Assembly: GCA_046155725.1 (NCBI GenBank)
Contig: JBJXFT010000322.1
Span: forward strand, 1 to 62,420
Reading direction: 5' to 3'
Length of the DNA stretch: 62,420 nt
From: Saprospiraceae bacterium
GTDB taxonomy: Bacteria; Bacteroidota; Bacteroidia; Chitinophagales; Saprospiraceae
Below the pieces are notes generated by a model. It saw only the letters and a program-made list of their open reading frames with translations. It was not told the origin of the DNA and searched no databases. The position numbers were made by a program, and so were the translations under genes. How positions within the stretch are numbered: position 1 is the first letter of the stretch; each line of letters starts with the position of its first letter. This document shows, in pieces, positions 15,999-25,440 of this stretch.

Positions 15999-18632
15999 TC
16001 AAAATTTGCCCAACAGCGCCACGGCTTTTTTTGCCCGCAGCACCGCGCCCTCTGGGCTGAACATTTCGAGGAAAACGATGTGGATGCCGGGCCGCGCTTT
16101 TCCCCCATCGTCCGAGTCGCCATCCCAGCGCAAAATGCCTTCTGCGCCAATCAGTTCGTACCTAATAAGGCTTTTGACCAAGTTTCCATCGGAATCAAAA
16201 ATGGTCAGCGTGGCCACATAACCCTCGCTTGGCAGCGCGTAGAAAATTTCAAGAAAATCTTCGCGCTGGTCGCCGTCCATCGGCGAGAGCCGGGCGATGG
16301 GGATGGAAATAAAGTCGTCGGCAGGGTTGGCCGTCAGGCGCGATTGAGAGTTGGGAAGCGTGGGCGTGCCCGGCGCGCCCGTTTTGAGAGACGAAGCCGA
16401 AGTCCAATTGGCCGGGTCTTGGGTAGGCCCCTCGGTGCGGATGCGTTCGAGGGCCACCCCCTCCTGCTCGGAAGTAGAAAGCAGGCCGTTGTGCATTCCG
16501 CGCCAATAAAAAAACGAGTCCACTGTCACGGTTTGGCCGCTGCCGGCCCAATAAACCTTGATGCTGTCAGCATAATCGTCCAGAGACGGCAAGTCGTTTT
16601 GCAGCACATTTTTCAAGACAATATTGTCAAAACGTTCGCGCACTACCGGCGAGTTGTTGCTGAAAACGTGGTATTCGCCCGGCAGGAAAAGCCGGTTTTG
16701 CGTGATTTTCGCCATACTCGCCGTCATGTCCGAATTGCTCGCCAAAAAAAACTGCGACCAATCAAAAATCTTCTGGCTGCGGTTGTAAAACTCAATGTAC
16801 CGCGCCCCGCCCGTGCTGGGGTTGAACAGGATTTCGTTGATCACAATATCCTGCACTTCGGGTTTTTCTGGCAGCCCAACAAAAACCGAATCGGTGAACA
16901 GGAAAGCATTCCCGCTGCAATCCGTCACCGAATTTTCAATCGAAAGCGTATAAACCGTGGAAGGCTGGAGCGGGCTGGCGAGCGTGAGCCGTACCAAACT
17001 GCGGTCGGTGGGCAACTGCACAGCAGATGCCACCGCGATGGGCGGGTCGAGTTGATAAGCCGCCACATCCTCCACGGCATCCCTGTCCATCCCTTCGGAG
17101 AAAGTGAGCAAAATCGTGCTGGCCGATTCGGGGAATGCCCTGAAAAGTCGGGGCGCAACAATGTCCAAGTCAGAAGAGAACGACGCATTTTGCGCCGCCG
17201 GGGTCCCGCCGATGAGGGTGGGGCAAGACTGCCAGTTTTCGCCGCCCAGGCACGGCAGCCCAGGGTTGATGCGCTCCAGCGAATACCCCCCATCCTCCTT
17301 GCCATCCTCCGTGTGCCAGTCGCTGTCATACGCCACCCGGTCAATGACATTGCCAGATGCGTCGCTCAAAGTCAGCACATCGCCGTCGTTGTTGAGCATG
17401 CTCGCGGAGATGGCCGTGCCGAGCACCGTTCCAGTCGCAGCAGTTTGGAGTGTCGGAGCATTGGCGTTGGCAGCGAGCGCCAAATATGTGCCAGGGTAAA
17501 GCAAATAAGTTGGCAGCACAAGGGGCGCGCTCGTGGCATCCGAGAGGCGTAGGCTGGCGAGGTCAATCACCTTTGCCGAGCGGTTGAAAATCTCCAACCA
17601 CTCCACCACCGGCAGCCCAGCCGAGGGGTCTGGGTCGGCCATGATTTCGGTGATCAAAATATCAAACTCGGTGGCTGCATCTATTTTTATGAATTGAAAG
17701 CCAGCAGTTTGAGCCGCGCTTGCATTTCCCGCCACATCCTTCACACCCAAAGTTTGGAGGGTGTAACTCCCCGTCGAGAGGGGATTTTGGAGGGTCAAAA
17801 CCACCGATTTTTTGTCGGCTGCCAGCACCGCCAGGAGCGGCTGCCCAATGCCGTTGCTCACGGAATAATTGGCCAGGTTTTGTGCAGATGCGGTTTCCAA
17901 ATCTTCGTCAAAAACCACCGTCACTTGAGTCGCGTTGTCTGCCATGGCGGATAGCAGCGCAGGCGGCTGCGTGTCTGGCACATCGGGGCGGATGTTGATG
18001 TTGTCGAAGAAAAACTTGGTCGCGTTGGAAGTGGTGTAGACGCACTGAACCCCAAAAAAACGGTTCGGGCCGCCCGGCCAAGTAGCATCCGTCAGCGTGA
18101 ATTGTGGTTCCAAAGCAGCGCCGACCGTGGCGGCATCCAATGTCCAAACGCCCGCCGCTGTGCGCTTTGCGCGGATGTGAAGGTTGGGCGAAATGGCCGC
18201 CAACCCCGACAGCCCGTTGGCCAATTCGGTCTTGACCGCGCCATCTTGCCTAAAAAAACGAATGGGGTCGGCACTGAGGTCTTCGCCCATTTCGAGGTAA
18301 TAGCCGTTGGCGGCAGAGAGATCGGTTTGGTCTGTTTGGAGGAAGATGCGCACCAGGTTTTGGCCTGATGGGTTGAATGTCAAGCGGACTTCAAAATCCC
18401 AAATCGTGCTGTCGGGCATATTGCCGGCCACAAAGAGGGCAGATTGGCCGGCTCCCATGGCGTTGAGTTGGAGTTCGCCGGCGGGGCTGACTGTGAAGTT
18501 GCCCGCATCGCCCGACCATGCGGGGTTTTGGTCAAAATTCCCGTCAGAGAAATTGTCCACGATTTGGGAGCGGAGGGGTTGAAGAGAAAAAAAGAGGAGC
18601 GCGAGGGTGGGGGGGAGCAAGGAGAATTTCAT
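15999..18632 (-). CDS. Lamin-tail-domain (LTD) containing secreted protein with Ig-like domains
   Basis: Signal MKFSLLPPTLALLFFSLQPLRSQ (ATG at 18632). Two LTD-like segments ILITEIMADPDPSAGLPVVEWLEIFNRS and IVINEILFNPSTGGARYIEFYNRS. Ig-like segment with NLANYSVSNG. Confidence 0.7.
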   Translation of the reverse strand: MKFSLLPPTLALLFFSLQPLRSQIVDNFSDGNFDQNPAWSGDAGNFTVSPAGELQLNAMGAGQSALFVAGNMPDSTIWDFEVRLTFNPSGQNLVRIFLQTDQTDLSAANGYYLEMGEDLSADPIRFFRQDGAVKTELANGLSGLAAISPNLHIRAKRTAAGVWTLDAATVGAALEPQFTLTDATWPGGPNRFFGVQCVYTTSNATKFFFDNINIRPDVPDTQPPALLSAMADNATQVTVVFDEDLETASAQNLANYSVSNGIGQPLLAVLAADKKSVVLTLQNPLSTGSYTLQTLGVKDVAGNASAAQTAGFQFIKIDAATEFDILITEIMADPDPSAGLPVVEWLEIFNRSAKVIDLASLRLSDATSAPLVLPTYLLYPGTYLALAANANAPTLQTAATGTVLGTAISASMLNNDGDVLTLSDASGNVIDRVAYDSDWHTEDGKEDGGYSLERINPGLPCLGGENWQSCPTLIGGTPAAQNASFSSDLDIVAPRLFRAFPESASTILLTFSEGMDRDAVEDVAAYQLDPPIAVASAVQLPTDRSLVRLTLASPLQPSTVYTLSIENSVTDCSGNAFLFTDSVFVGLPEKPEVQDIVINEILFNPSTGGARYIEFYNRSQKIFDWSQFFLASNSDMTASMAKITQNRLFLPGEYHVFSNNSPVVRERFDNIVLKNVLQNDLPSLDDYADSIKVYWAGSGQTVTVDSFFYWRGMHNGLLSTSEQEGVALERIRTEGPTQDPANWTSASSLKTGAPGTPTLPNSQSRLTANPADDFISIPIARLSPMDGDQREDFLEIFYALPSEGYVATLTIFDSDGNLVKSLIRYELIGAEGILRWDGDSDDGGKARPGIHIVFLEMFSPEGAVLRAKKAVALLGKF

Positions 18633-18647
18633 GCGAAAAGGCTGTCG

Positions 18648-18655
18648 TAGTTTTG
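18648..18655 (+). promoter_or_regulatory. Candidate -7 box (TAGTTTTG) for the SH3 lipoprotein gene
   Basis: Matches TAnnTTTG, 19 nt upstream of the ATG at 18674. Confidence 0.35.
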
Positions 18656-18673
18656 TGCGTAAACTTACTTGGT

Positions 18674-19717
18674 ATGCCGCACTCTGCTTGGAAAATTTTG
18701 CCATTCTTAACCCTTTTTTCATTTTGCAAAAATGAACCGCCCCCCGAAGCCCAACTTTTGGTCCGTGCTGCGCAAACCTCGCTCCGCGCCGAGCCTACCG
18801 AAAAAAGCCGCGAAATAGCCGTGCTCCAAAAAGGGCAAACGCTCACCGACCTCGGCGAAGTGAGCCGCACCGAATCCGAAATCGCCCTTGGCGGCGAAGT
18901 GGTGCAAAGCCCTTGGATAAAAGTGCAAACCCCTGAAAACCAAACGGGCTGGGTGCTGGCTTGGGCCCTGAGGCCCGCCCTCGAAAGCAAGGATTGGCTT
19001 TTGCAAAAACGGCTTTCCGGCTACTTTGGGGAAGCGGGCGCTTCCCGCCGAAATGCTTTGTGCCGTGCTTTTCCCAACCTGGAAACGGAGGGTCAATTGG
19101 CTGACGCATGGCGCGAAGCCAACACCCTGCGCGACACGTTTCTGCTTCTTCTTTCTCATCGCCCGCAGGGTGGCTTTCAGCCTCAATTCAGTTGGCTGAG
19201 CGAGCTGCTGCCGGGTTTTTTGTTCCAAAAAATGGAAGAGGGCGAAAGGCCGCAGCTGTTTGCCGACTTCCGGGTTTGGCGCCAAATGGCATTGAAAACG
19301 ACCGGTAAACAGGACGATGCCTTTCTCCAAACCTGCCTCGCCGCGTTCCCGAAAGACAGCATCGAATCGTTTTTTCCCGCTTGGGAATTCCAGATTTCCG
19401 ACACCGAATCGGCGAGCCAACTGGGCAGTGGGCAGCACCTGAAAATGCTCCGCCACATCGGGCATTCCCTCCAAGCCGCCCCCATGTTTGCCTCCCAATT
19501 AGAAGCGTTCAAAGAGCAGGTTTTGGAAGATGTTTTTGGCAAAAACGTTCGCTATTGGCAACCACAAGAAAAAATATTAGGCGAGCTGGCGGAGATTTTG
19601 GCCGACCCGCCCCGATGCCTGAGCACCCGTGAACGCGAGGCGTTGGGCATTCGCCAAAAAATGTTTGAAGACCCTGTGGGGAATGGGATTCGAGTCAATT
19701 TGAGAAGCGGAGAGTAA
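18674..19717 (+). CDS. Hypothetical lipoprotein with N-terminal SH3b-like domain
   Basis: Lipobox-like MPHSAWKILPFLTLFSFC. SH3b-like LRAEPTEKSREIAVLQKGQTLTDLGEV...WIKVQTPENQTGWVLAWAL. The rest is unrecognised. Confidence 0.5.
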   Translation: MPHSAWKILPFLTLFSFCKNEPPPEAQLLVRAAQTSLRAEPTEKSREIAVLQKGQTLTDLGEVSRTESEIALGGEVVQSPWIKVQTPENQTGWVLAWALRPALESKDWLLQKRLSGYFGEAGASRRNALCRAFPNLETEGQLADAWREANTLRDTFLLLLSHRPQGGFQPQFSWLSELLPGFLFQKMEEGERPQLFADFRVWRQMALKTTGKQDDAFLQTCLAAFPKDSIESFFPAWEFQISDTESASQLGSGQHLKMLRHIGHSLQAAPMFASQLEAFKEQVLEDVFGKNVRYWQPQEKILGELAEILADPPRCLSTREREALGIRQKMFEDPVGNGIRVNLRSGE

Positions 19718-19782
19718 AGTCGCCAAGACCTGCTATTTTTCGGCCATCAAATCCTCCCCGACATACAATCTTGCTCGCAACT

Positions 19783-21864
19783 ATGGCTTCCATCGCCGAC
19801 TTACTTGCCAAGGCTCGCCGCCGCTCCTTCGTTGGGCGCGAAAAGGAAATTCAGGTTTTTGAAAACCAGCTTATCGCTCCTTCGTTCGAGTTCGTCTTGC
19901 TCTACATCTACGGGGCAGGGGGCGAAGGCAAAACGACCCTTCTGAAACATTTCGCCGAAGTGTGTGGCGAGCACAAAATCCGCCATCTCACGCTGGATGC
20001 CCGCGAAGTGGAGGCGCACCCTTCGGCCTTTTTGGAAGCCGTGCGCGGGAGCCTCGGCAAGTCCATCCATGCGGGCCAAGATGTGTTCGAGGCACTGGGT
20101 CAGTTGGACGGGCGCACGGTGCTTTTTGTAGACACTTACGAAAAAATCAGCCCGATTGACGATTGGGTGCGCACGGATTTTTTGCCAAACCTGCCCGCCG
20201 ATATGCTCACCGTGGTGTGCGGGCGCAACCCAGCTTCCGTCGCGTGGCTCAGCGACCCAGGTTGGAAAGCACTGATGCGCACCGTGCAGTTGCGCAGTTT
20301 TTCCGATGCCGAAAGCGAGGAATACCTCCGCCGGAGGAATATGCCGGAGGAGAAAATAAAGCCCATCCTCGGCTTCACGCACGGCCACCCCTTGGCGCTT
20401 TCGGTGGTGGCCGACATTTACGAGCAATATCCCGACAAGAATTTTACCCCTGAAGAATCGCCCGACGTGGTGCGCACTTTGCTCCAACTCTTTGTGCGCC
20501 AAGTGCCAAGCCCGATGCACCGGGCATCGTTGGAGCTGTGCAGCATTGTCAATTTGCTCACCGAATCGCTTTTGGCGGAGGTGATGGGCCTGGAAGACGC
20601 GAGCGAACTTTTTAGTTGGATGTGCGGCCTCTCGTTTGTCAGCATTGGGCGCGAGGGCATTTACCCGCACGACATTGCCCGCGAGGCACTTTGTGCTGAT
20701 TTGAAATGGAGGCACCCCGACTGGAACGCCGAACTCCATGCCCGAAGCCGCCATTATTATCACCGAAAATTGAAAGAAGCGAGCGGCGAAGCGCAGCGCA
20801 AGGTGCTGTTCGACCTCATTTTCCTGCACCGCACCGTCCCGGCTATCAAGCCTTTTTTTGAATGGCAAGAGACGGGGAGTTTTTGGGTGGACGGGATGGC
20901 CCCCGGCGATTTGCCTGTCTTGCGCGACATGGTGCTGCATTTGGAAGGGGAGGAAAGCCTTGCGGCTTTTGATTTTTGGGCAAAACACCCTGCTGCGCAA
21001 ATCTGGGTCTGGCGCGACGGGCGCAAGGAGGCCAATGCTTTTGTGCTAAAAATAAACGGCCACGAACTGGCGGGTGAAAAGGAGTTGGCCGACTCGGTGG
21101 TGCAAAAGGTGATTGACTATCAAGCGAAAAACCTCCACCTGCGCCAAGGCGAACAAACGGCCATCTTCCGAATGTGGATGGCCAAAGACACGCACCAGCA
21201 GGTGTCGGCTTTGCAAAGCAGCGTTTTTCTTTCCATCGTTCAATACTACTTCACGCCGGGATTGGCAGTAAGTTTCCTCGAAGTGGTGATGCCCGAATTT
21301 TGGAAACCGGTGATGCTCTACGCCGACCTTCTTGCGGTGTCGGAGTTGGATTTCAGCGCGAACGGAACTCCGTTCGGTTTTTACATGCACGATTGGCGGG
21401 TGCGCCCGCCCTTGTCTTGGCTCGACCTGCTGGGCAAGCGCGAAACGGGCAATATCATGGATTTGGAGGCGGAATCGCAGAAATTGCAGGTGGTGGTGCT
21501 GAGCGATTCGGAATTCGGCGAGCGGGTGGCCGAAGCGTTGCGGCATTTCCACAACAACAACCAATTGATTCAAAACCCCTTGGTGCGGGCCAAATTTGTG
21601 GTGTCGGTGGCTGGCTCAGATGCTTCCGATGCCGAAAGGGTGGCGTTTTTGAAAGAAAAAATCCTTGCCGCCGTCAAAGAAATCGAAGAGTCGCCCATTG
21701 ACGGAAAGTACCACCGGGTGCTGTACCGCTCATTCTTGAACCCTGTGGGCAGCCAAGAAAAAACCGCCGACTTCCTGAATATGTCGTTCAGCACATACCG
21801 GCGCTATTTGTCGGCTGGCACTCAGCGCGTGGCGGAGATATTGTGGGGATGGGAGTTGGGGTAA
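19783..21864 (+). CDS. STAND (NB-ARC-like) P-loop NTPase with C-terminal helix-turn-helix
   Basis: FVGREKEI...YGAGGEGKTTLL (Walker A), VLFVDTYE (Walker B), GFTHGHPLAL (NB-ARC GxP-like motif). The C-terminal ADFLNMSFSTYRRYLSAGTQRVAEILW looks like an HTH. First ATG at 19783. Confidence 0.55.
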   Translation: MASIADLLAKARRRSFVGREKEIQVFENQLIAPSFEFVLLYIYGAGGEGKTTLLKHFAEVCGEHKIRHLTLDAREVEAHPSAFLEAVRGSLGKSIHAGQDVFEALGQLDGRTVLFVDTYEKISPIDDWVRTDFLPNLPADMLTVVCGRNPASVAWLSDPGWKALMRTVQLRSFSDAESEEYLRRRNMPEEKIKPILGFTHGHPLALSVVADIYEQYPDKNFTPEESPDVVRTLLQLFVRQVPSPMHRASLELCSIVNLLTESLLAEVMGLEDASELFSWMCGLSFVSIGREGIYPHDIAREALCADLKWRHPDWNAELHARSRHYYHRKLKEASGEAQRKVLFDLIFLHRTVPAIKPFFEWQETGSFWVDGMAPGDLPVLRDMVLHLEGEESLAAFDFWAKHPAAQIWVWRDGRKEANAFVLKINGHELAGEKELADSVVQKVIDYQAKNLHLRQGEQTAIFRMWMAKDTHQQVSALQSSVFLSIVQYYFTPGLAVSFLEVVMPEFWKPVMLYADLLAVSELDFSANGTPFGFYMHDWRVRPPLSWLDLLGKRETGNIMDLEAESQKLQVVVLSDSEFGERVAEALRHFHNNNQLIQNPLVRAKFVVSVAGSDASDAERVAFLKEKILAAVKEIEESPIDGKYHRVLYRSFLNPVGSQEKTADFLNMSFSTYRRYLSAGTQRVAEILWGWELG

Positions 21865-21916
21865 GTAGGGGTTGGGAGGTTTCGGGTTGCTGGGTTCAGG
21901 GTCAAAAAATTTTGCC

Positions 21917-21924
21917 TATTTTTG
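21917..21924 (+). promoter_or_regulatory. Candidate -7 box (TATTTTTG) for the Uma2 gene
   Basis: Matches TAnnTTTG, 18 nt upstream of the ATG at 21942. Confidence 0.35.
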
Positions 21925-21941
21925 TTCAAAAATTTCCCGGT

Positions 21942-22571
21942 ATGGGCAGCATACATACGCATCAATCTATCCGAATCCAACACCGTTGGTTCATTGGCGC
22001 CGAGACAGAATTCAAGCCAAATCGCCGCTTTACAGACGCTGAACTCATGGAGTTTTGCGCTGAAAACTCCGAGCTCCGTGTCGAAATGGACAAAAACGGA
22101 AAACTCATCATTATGCCTCCTGTTGACTACGACGGCGGAATCGCCGAAAGCGATGCTCACGGCCTCCTTTACAATTGGTGGCTTCAATATCAAAAAGGCC
22201 GCACCTTCAGCCCCACCACTGGCTTCAAACTTCCTGACGGCTCCATCCGCTCTGCCGACGGCGCTTGGGTCTCGGATGAAAAAATAGCCGCCATTACACC
22301 CTCCCAACGCAAAAAATTTGCCCCCCTCGTGCCCGATTTTGTAATGGAAGTTCGCTCTTCGAGCGACCGTATCGGCAAATTGAAAAAGAAAATGACGGAT
22401 ACATGGCTCGCCAACGGTGTGCGCTTGGCGTGGCTTATTGACCCGAAAATGAAGAAGGCCTACACCTACCACCCCGGCCAACCTGTGGAAGAACTCTCTG
22501 GTTTTGACCGCACACTTTCCGGAGAAGATGTGTGCCCGGGATTTGAGTTTGACTTGCGAAAGTTGACTTGA
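21942..22571 (+). CDS. Uma2-family (DUF820) restriction-endonuclease-fold protein
   Basis: ...RVEMDKNGKLIIMPPV...PDGSIRSADGAWV...LVPDFVMEVRSSSD...KMTDTWLANGVRLAWLIDP is the typical Uma2 PD-(D/E)xK layout. Confidence 0.8.
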   Translation: MGSIHTHQSIRIQHRWFIGAETEFKPNRRFTDAELMEFCAENSELRVEMDKNGKLIIMPPVDYDGGIAESDAHGLLYNWWLQYQKGRTFSPTTGFKLPDGSIRSADGAWVSDEKIAAITPSQRKKFAPLVPDFVMEVRSSSDRIGKLKKKMTDTWLANGVRLAWLIDPKMKKAYTYHPGQPVEELSGFDRTLSGEDVCPGFEFDLRKLT

Positions 22572-22584
22572 AAACCGACCCGAC

Positions 22585-22624
22585 GCTACGTTTACTAAAC
22601 CTCTGAGGTTTTAGCAAACGTAGC
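22585..22624. terminator. Hairpin between convergent Uma2 and DUF5995 genes (ACGTTTACTAAAC family)
   Basis: gctacgtttactaaacctc / gaggttttagcaaacgtagc is an imperfect ~19-bp stem. It shares the arm sequence with the hairpin at 51669-51702. Confidence 0.5.
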
Positions 22625-22657
22625 TCCGTCAGCTGGTGAGAGGTTTTCGGATAGGCT

Positions 22658-23413
22658 CTAAATCCTCTCCAACACCTCAATCTTTTCCCGCACCGAGCCT
22701 TGCTCCCAACGTCGCATCAGCCGCAGCAAGCACTGAAGCCAGACACCGGACGACTGCACTTTCTTTGCAAAAAATGCCACTTGCTTGTCCAATTCGGCAA
22801 TCATCGTTTGTTCGACAGCCTTGTCTGGTGCAAAGGCCAACACCTGTGCCGCCTTCCAAGAAGCACCTCGAGCAACACCGATGCTGAACCCAATCCATCC
22901 TTCATCTTCTGTGCGAAACAGCCAATCGAGCCAGCCAAACGGCAGCCAGATATTCGCCAAGCGGTCTTGTGTTTGGTTGGTCAGCGATTCGATTATTTGG
23001 TTGATGCGCATGAAATCGTTGCGGATATCGGAGATGGATTCGCGCGGACGTACCGAGGCGGCAGAGATGCCGAGGTCGAGGTTGATGTGCGCGTTCATGC
23101 CCAGCATCAGGTGCTGCATCACGGCAACTTGCTCATCTTTGGTCGCTTCAAAGGCGACTTGCCACGATTCGGTGGGTTTTTCTCCCGCCTGCCAAGCATC
23201 AAAAGCGTCGAAATATCGGCAAGCGAACAGCACGTCCATCTGCTCCATGCGCGGGCCGTCCTCGAACTCGCCCCGTGCCACCGCGTCGCGCACCGCCAAG
23301 GTCATTTTGTAGTACAGCGCAGCGAAATAGCCCAAGGGCGACTCGTTCAGTTTGGCCCATGCAATGATTTGCTCGAGCCGAGCGATGACTTGTGGGAAAT
23401 TGGTGATAGCCAT
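22658..23413 (-). CDS. DUF5995-family protein
   Basis: ...YFAALYYKMTLAVRDAV...HLMLGMNAHINLDLGISAA... matches my memory of DUF5995. ATG at 23413 (the ORF-track start is a TTG). Confidence 0.55.
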   Translation of the reverse strand: MAITNFPQVIARLEQIIAWAKLNESPLGYFAALYYKMTLAVRDAVARGEFEDGPRMEQMDVLFACRYFDAFDAWQAGEKPTESWQVAFEATKDEQVAVMQHLMLGMNAHINLDLGISAASVRPRESISDIRNDFMRINQIIESLTNQTQDRLANIWLPFGWLDWLFRTEDEGWIGFSIGVARGASWKAAQVLAFAPDKAVEQTMIAELDKQVAFFAKKVQSSGVWLQCLLRLMRRWEQGSVREKIEVLERI

Positions 23414-23456
23414 AGCAGGAGATAGGGTAGGGGTCAAGAGTGGTTATTGAGCACCA

Positions 23457-24050
23457 TTATCGCTGCCAATTCGGCTCGGCGCGTTGCCCCACCATGCGTA
23501 CTTGAATCCCCGTCACATTGAGGGAGGTGTTGCCTTTCCAAATCATGACGAAGCCTTTTTCTTGCACTCCCCAAGAGTTGTTGATGTAGGGGTCTTTGCA
23601 AGAAAGGAGGATTTCGTTTTTGGCGCCGTCCCAGTTCCACCGACCGGTGTCCACTGTTTTGCCTTTTATGAGCACGTCGAAGGTTTGGTCTTCGCGGAAG
23701 CGCAGCCATTTGTGCTGATACTGGTGGTGTACGGTGGTGTCACTGGGCTGGTAGGCCATGTTGAAATGCCACCAGCCGGTGCTGAGGAATGCTTTTTTGC
23801 TGGCGGTGGGCGGAGGGAAGGCATCTATCGGCACTGACACCATGCGGGGGGCTTGGCGCACTTGAAGGGTGCCGGACGCGGTGTCGGGCCGTTCGCCTTC
23901 GGTGACGTGCGATGCCTTGAAGTTGTATTGCTTTTCCTCTTTGGGCGGCTCAGGGGCTACTGTTTCTGCGGCCTTTGTTTTTTGGAGGTTTTTGCATGTC
24001 AAAATGCTGGCGGCTACGACGAGGATGGTGAGTAGGATATTGACTTTCAT
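23457..24050 (-). CDS. Hypothetical lipoprotein
   Basis: Start at MKVNILLTILVVAASILTCKN (ATG at 24050, lipobox). The long ORF-track N-terminus is Arg/His-rich and looks non-coding. Confidence 0.55.
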   Translation of the reverse strand: MKVNILLTILVVAASILTCKNLQKTKAAETVAPEPPKEEKQYNFKASHVTEGERPDTASGTLQVRQAPRMVSVPIDAFPPPTASKKAFLSTGWWHFNMAYQPSDTTVHHQYQHKWLRFREDQTFDVLIKGKTVDTGRWNWDGAKNEILLSCKDPYINNSWGVQEKGFVMIWKGNTSLNVTGIQVRMVGQRAEPNWQR

Positions 24051-24055
24051 GTTTT

Positions 24056-24289
24056 TTAAATTGACTTTCGTGAAAGAACGTCGTACTCGCCTTTGAGGCA
24101 ATAGTAGCCAAAAAGCGCAAGCCCGAGCATGATGGGTGTGAAGATAGGGATGATGGTGTACCAAAAGATACGGGTGTCGAGTGCCGGGTTTTTCCCAAAC
24201 TCTACGCCCGCTTGGTGTACCATGAGATATACCGCGTACGCGGCCAAAGCAATCCAGACAAGACCGGCGAGGCGTTTTAGTGCGTTCAT
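24056..24289 (-). CDS. Small two-TM membrane protein (hypothetical)
   Basis: MNALKRLAGLVWIALAAYAVYLMV...IIPIFTPIMLGLALFGYYCL. Its stop is 5 nt before the lipoprotein ATG. Confidence 0.45.
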   Translation of the reverse strand: MNALKRLAGLVWIALAAYAVYLMVHQAGVEFGKNPALDTRIFWYTIIPIFTPIMLGLALFGYYCLKGEYDVLSRKSI

Positions 24290-24364
24290 TTTTTTGCGAT
24301 GGATGTTGGTTTCGTGCGGCAAGTTGCGGCAATTTCTTTGTCAAGGAACGGGTGTGTTCCGAAT

Positions 24365-25102
24365 TCAAGCCGCCCTGCGGTCCAATATTTTTTGTTCGAT
24401 GTACTCTACAAACCACCCCGGCACTTCTTCCGTGTACAATATGAGTTCATGCCCGTTGGCTATTTCTGCCACCCAGGTCAATTCTTCCGTGTTGTCAAAA
24501 AGGTAGGCGCGGTCGCTGATTTTGATGGCATCGTACAAGAGTTCGAGCGAGCGGAAGTAGCGGTTGTGGATTTTGTCCACCGGCACATCGTGGCCGCCCA
24601 ACTTGACACGGTTTTGCACCCTCACTTGGTTGATGAGCGGGGTTTCGGTGGCGACATAGTATAGGTAGACCCGGAAACCCAATTCCTTGGCGTGGCGCAT
24701 CATGTCCAGTTTTTGTGGGGCCGACATGACGGTTTCTGTGGAAAAAGTAAACCCGGCCTCCAACATTTGTTCGCGCAGAAATCCCGCGAAGAGCGCGGCA
24801 TGGTAGGAGTTGAAATCTTCTCCCGTCAAGAAAAGTTTGTTGTGTTCTGCGCGCCATTCGGGGAAAGTGCGGCTGCGGATGAAAGCCGAGTTTTGCAAAA
24901 AACTTTGCAAGTCGGGTGCTTGCAACTGGATGCCGCAAGGGCTGCAATCGAAAAAACCCTGCGCTCGAATGGCGCGTTCGATTTCGTCGGCGTTTACAAA
25001 AAAACCATAGTTGAGGTGGAATTGCTCGGTGACGTGCTTGACGAGCGTGGATTTGCCCGACCCATTTGGCCCGGCGAAGATTCGGAGACGTTTGGGGGGC
25101 AT
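24365..25102 (-). CDS. Zeta-toxin-like P-loop kinase (COG4185-type)
   Basis: MPPKRLRIFAGPNGSGKSTLVKH (Walker A). 245 aa, consistent with the zeta/AAA_33 kinase fold. Confidence 0.65.
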   Translation of the reverse strand: MPPKRLRIFAGPNGSGKSTLVKHVTEQFHLNYGFFVNADEIERAIRAQGFFDCSPCGIQLQAPDLQSFLQNSAFIRSRTFPEWRAEHNKLFLTGEDFNSYHAALFAGFLREQMLEAGFTFSTETVMSAPQKLDMMRHAKELGFRVYLYYVATETPLINQVRVQNRVKLGGHDVPVDKIHNRYFRSLELLYDAIKISDRAYLFDNTEELTWVAEIANGHELILYTEEVPGWFVEYIEQKILDRRAA

Positions 25103-25350
25103 CAGGGCATTTCGAGTTTCTGGCCGCTGAGCAGGCGCGGTCGGCGGCGCAATTTGCCTATTTCGCGGCGGTGCTTTCCTCCGTGTGTCAGTTTTACCAG
25201 CGTTTCGCCTTCTATGGCCACTACGGGCAAGTCGGCTCGTTCCACCGTTACCAAGGCTGCGTCAGAGATGCTCCGGGCGTTCTTAAAGATGATGCCTTCT
25301 TTGCCCTCTTCCGAGCAGAAGTACATTTCTATGCTTTCAATCCAGGACAT
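25102..25350 (-). CDS. Small protein coupled to the zeta-like kinase (putative antitoxin, unrecognised family)
   Basis: 82 aa. Its TGA shares one base with the kinase ATG (TGATG at 25100-25104). Confidence 0.45.
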   Translation of the reverse strand: MSWIESIEMYFCSEEGKEGIIFKNARSISDAALVTVERADLPVVAIEGETLVKLTHGGKHRREIGKLRRRPRLLSGQKLEMP

Positions 25351-25378
25351 AAAGTTTGAAATTTTACTTTGGGTACTG

Positions 25379-25386
25379 CAAAAGTA
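25379..25386 (-). promoter_or_regulatory. Candidate -7 box (TACTTTTG) for the zeta-like module
   Basis: The minus strand reads TACTTTTG, 29 nt upstream of the ATG at 25350. Confidence 0.35.
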
Positions 25387-25440
25387 AGGCGAACCGCCGT
25401 TGAGTGTTCCCGGAGATTCATTTTGATTGTAATTTTTTGT

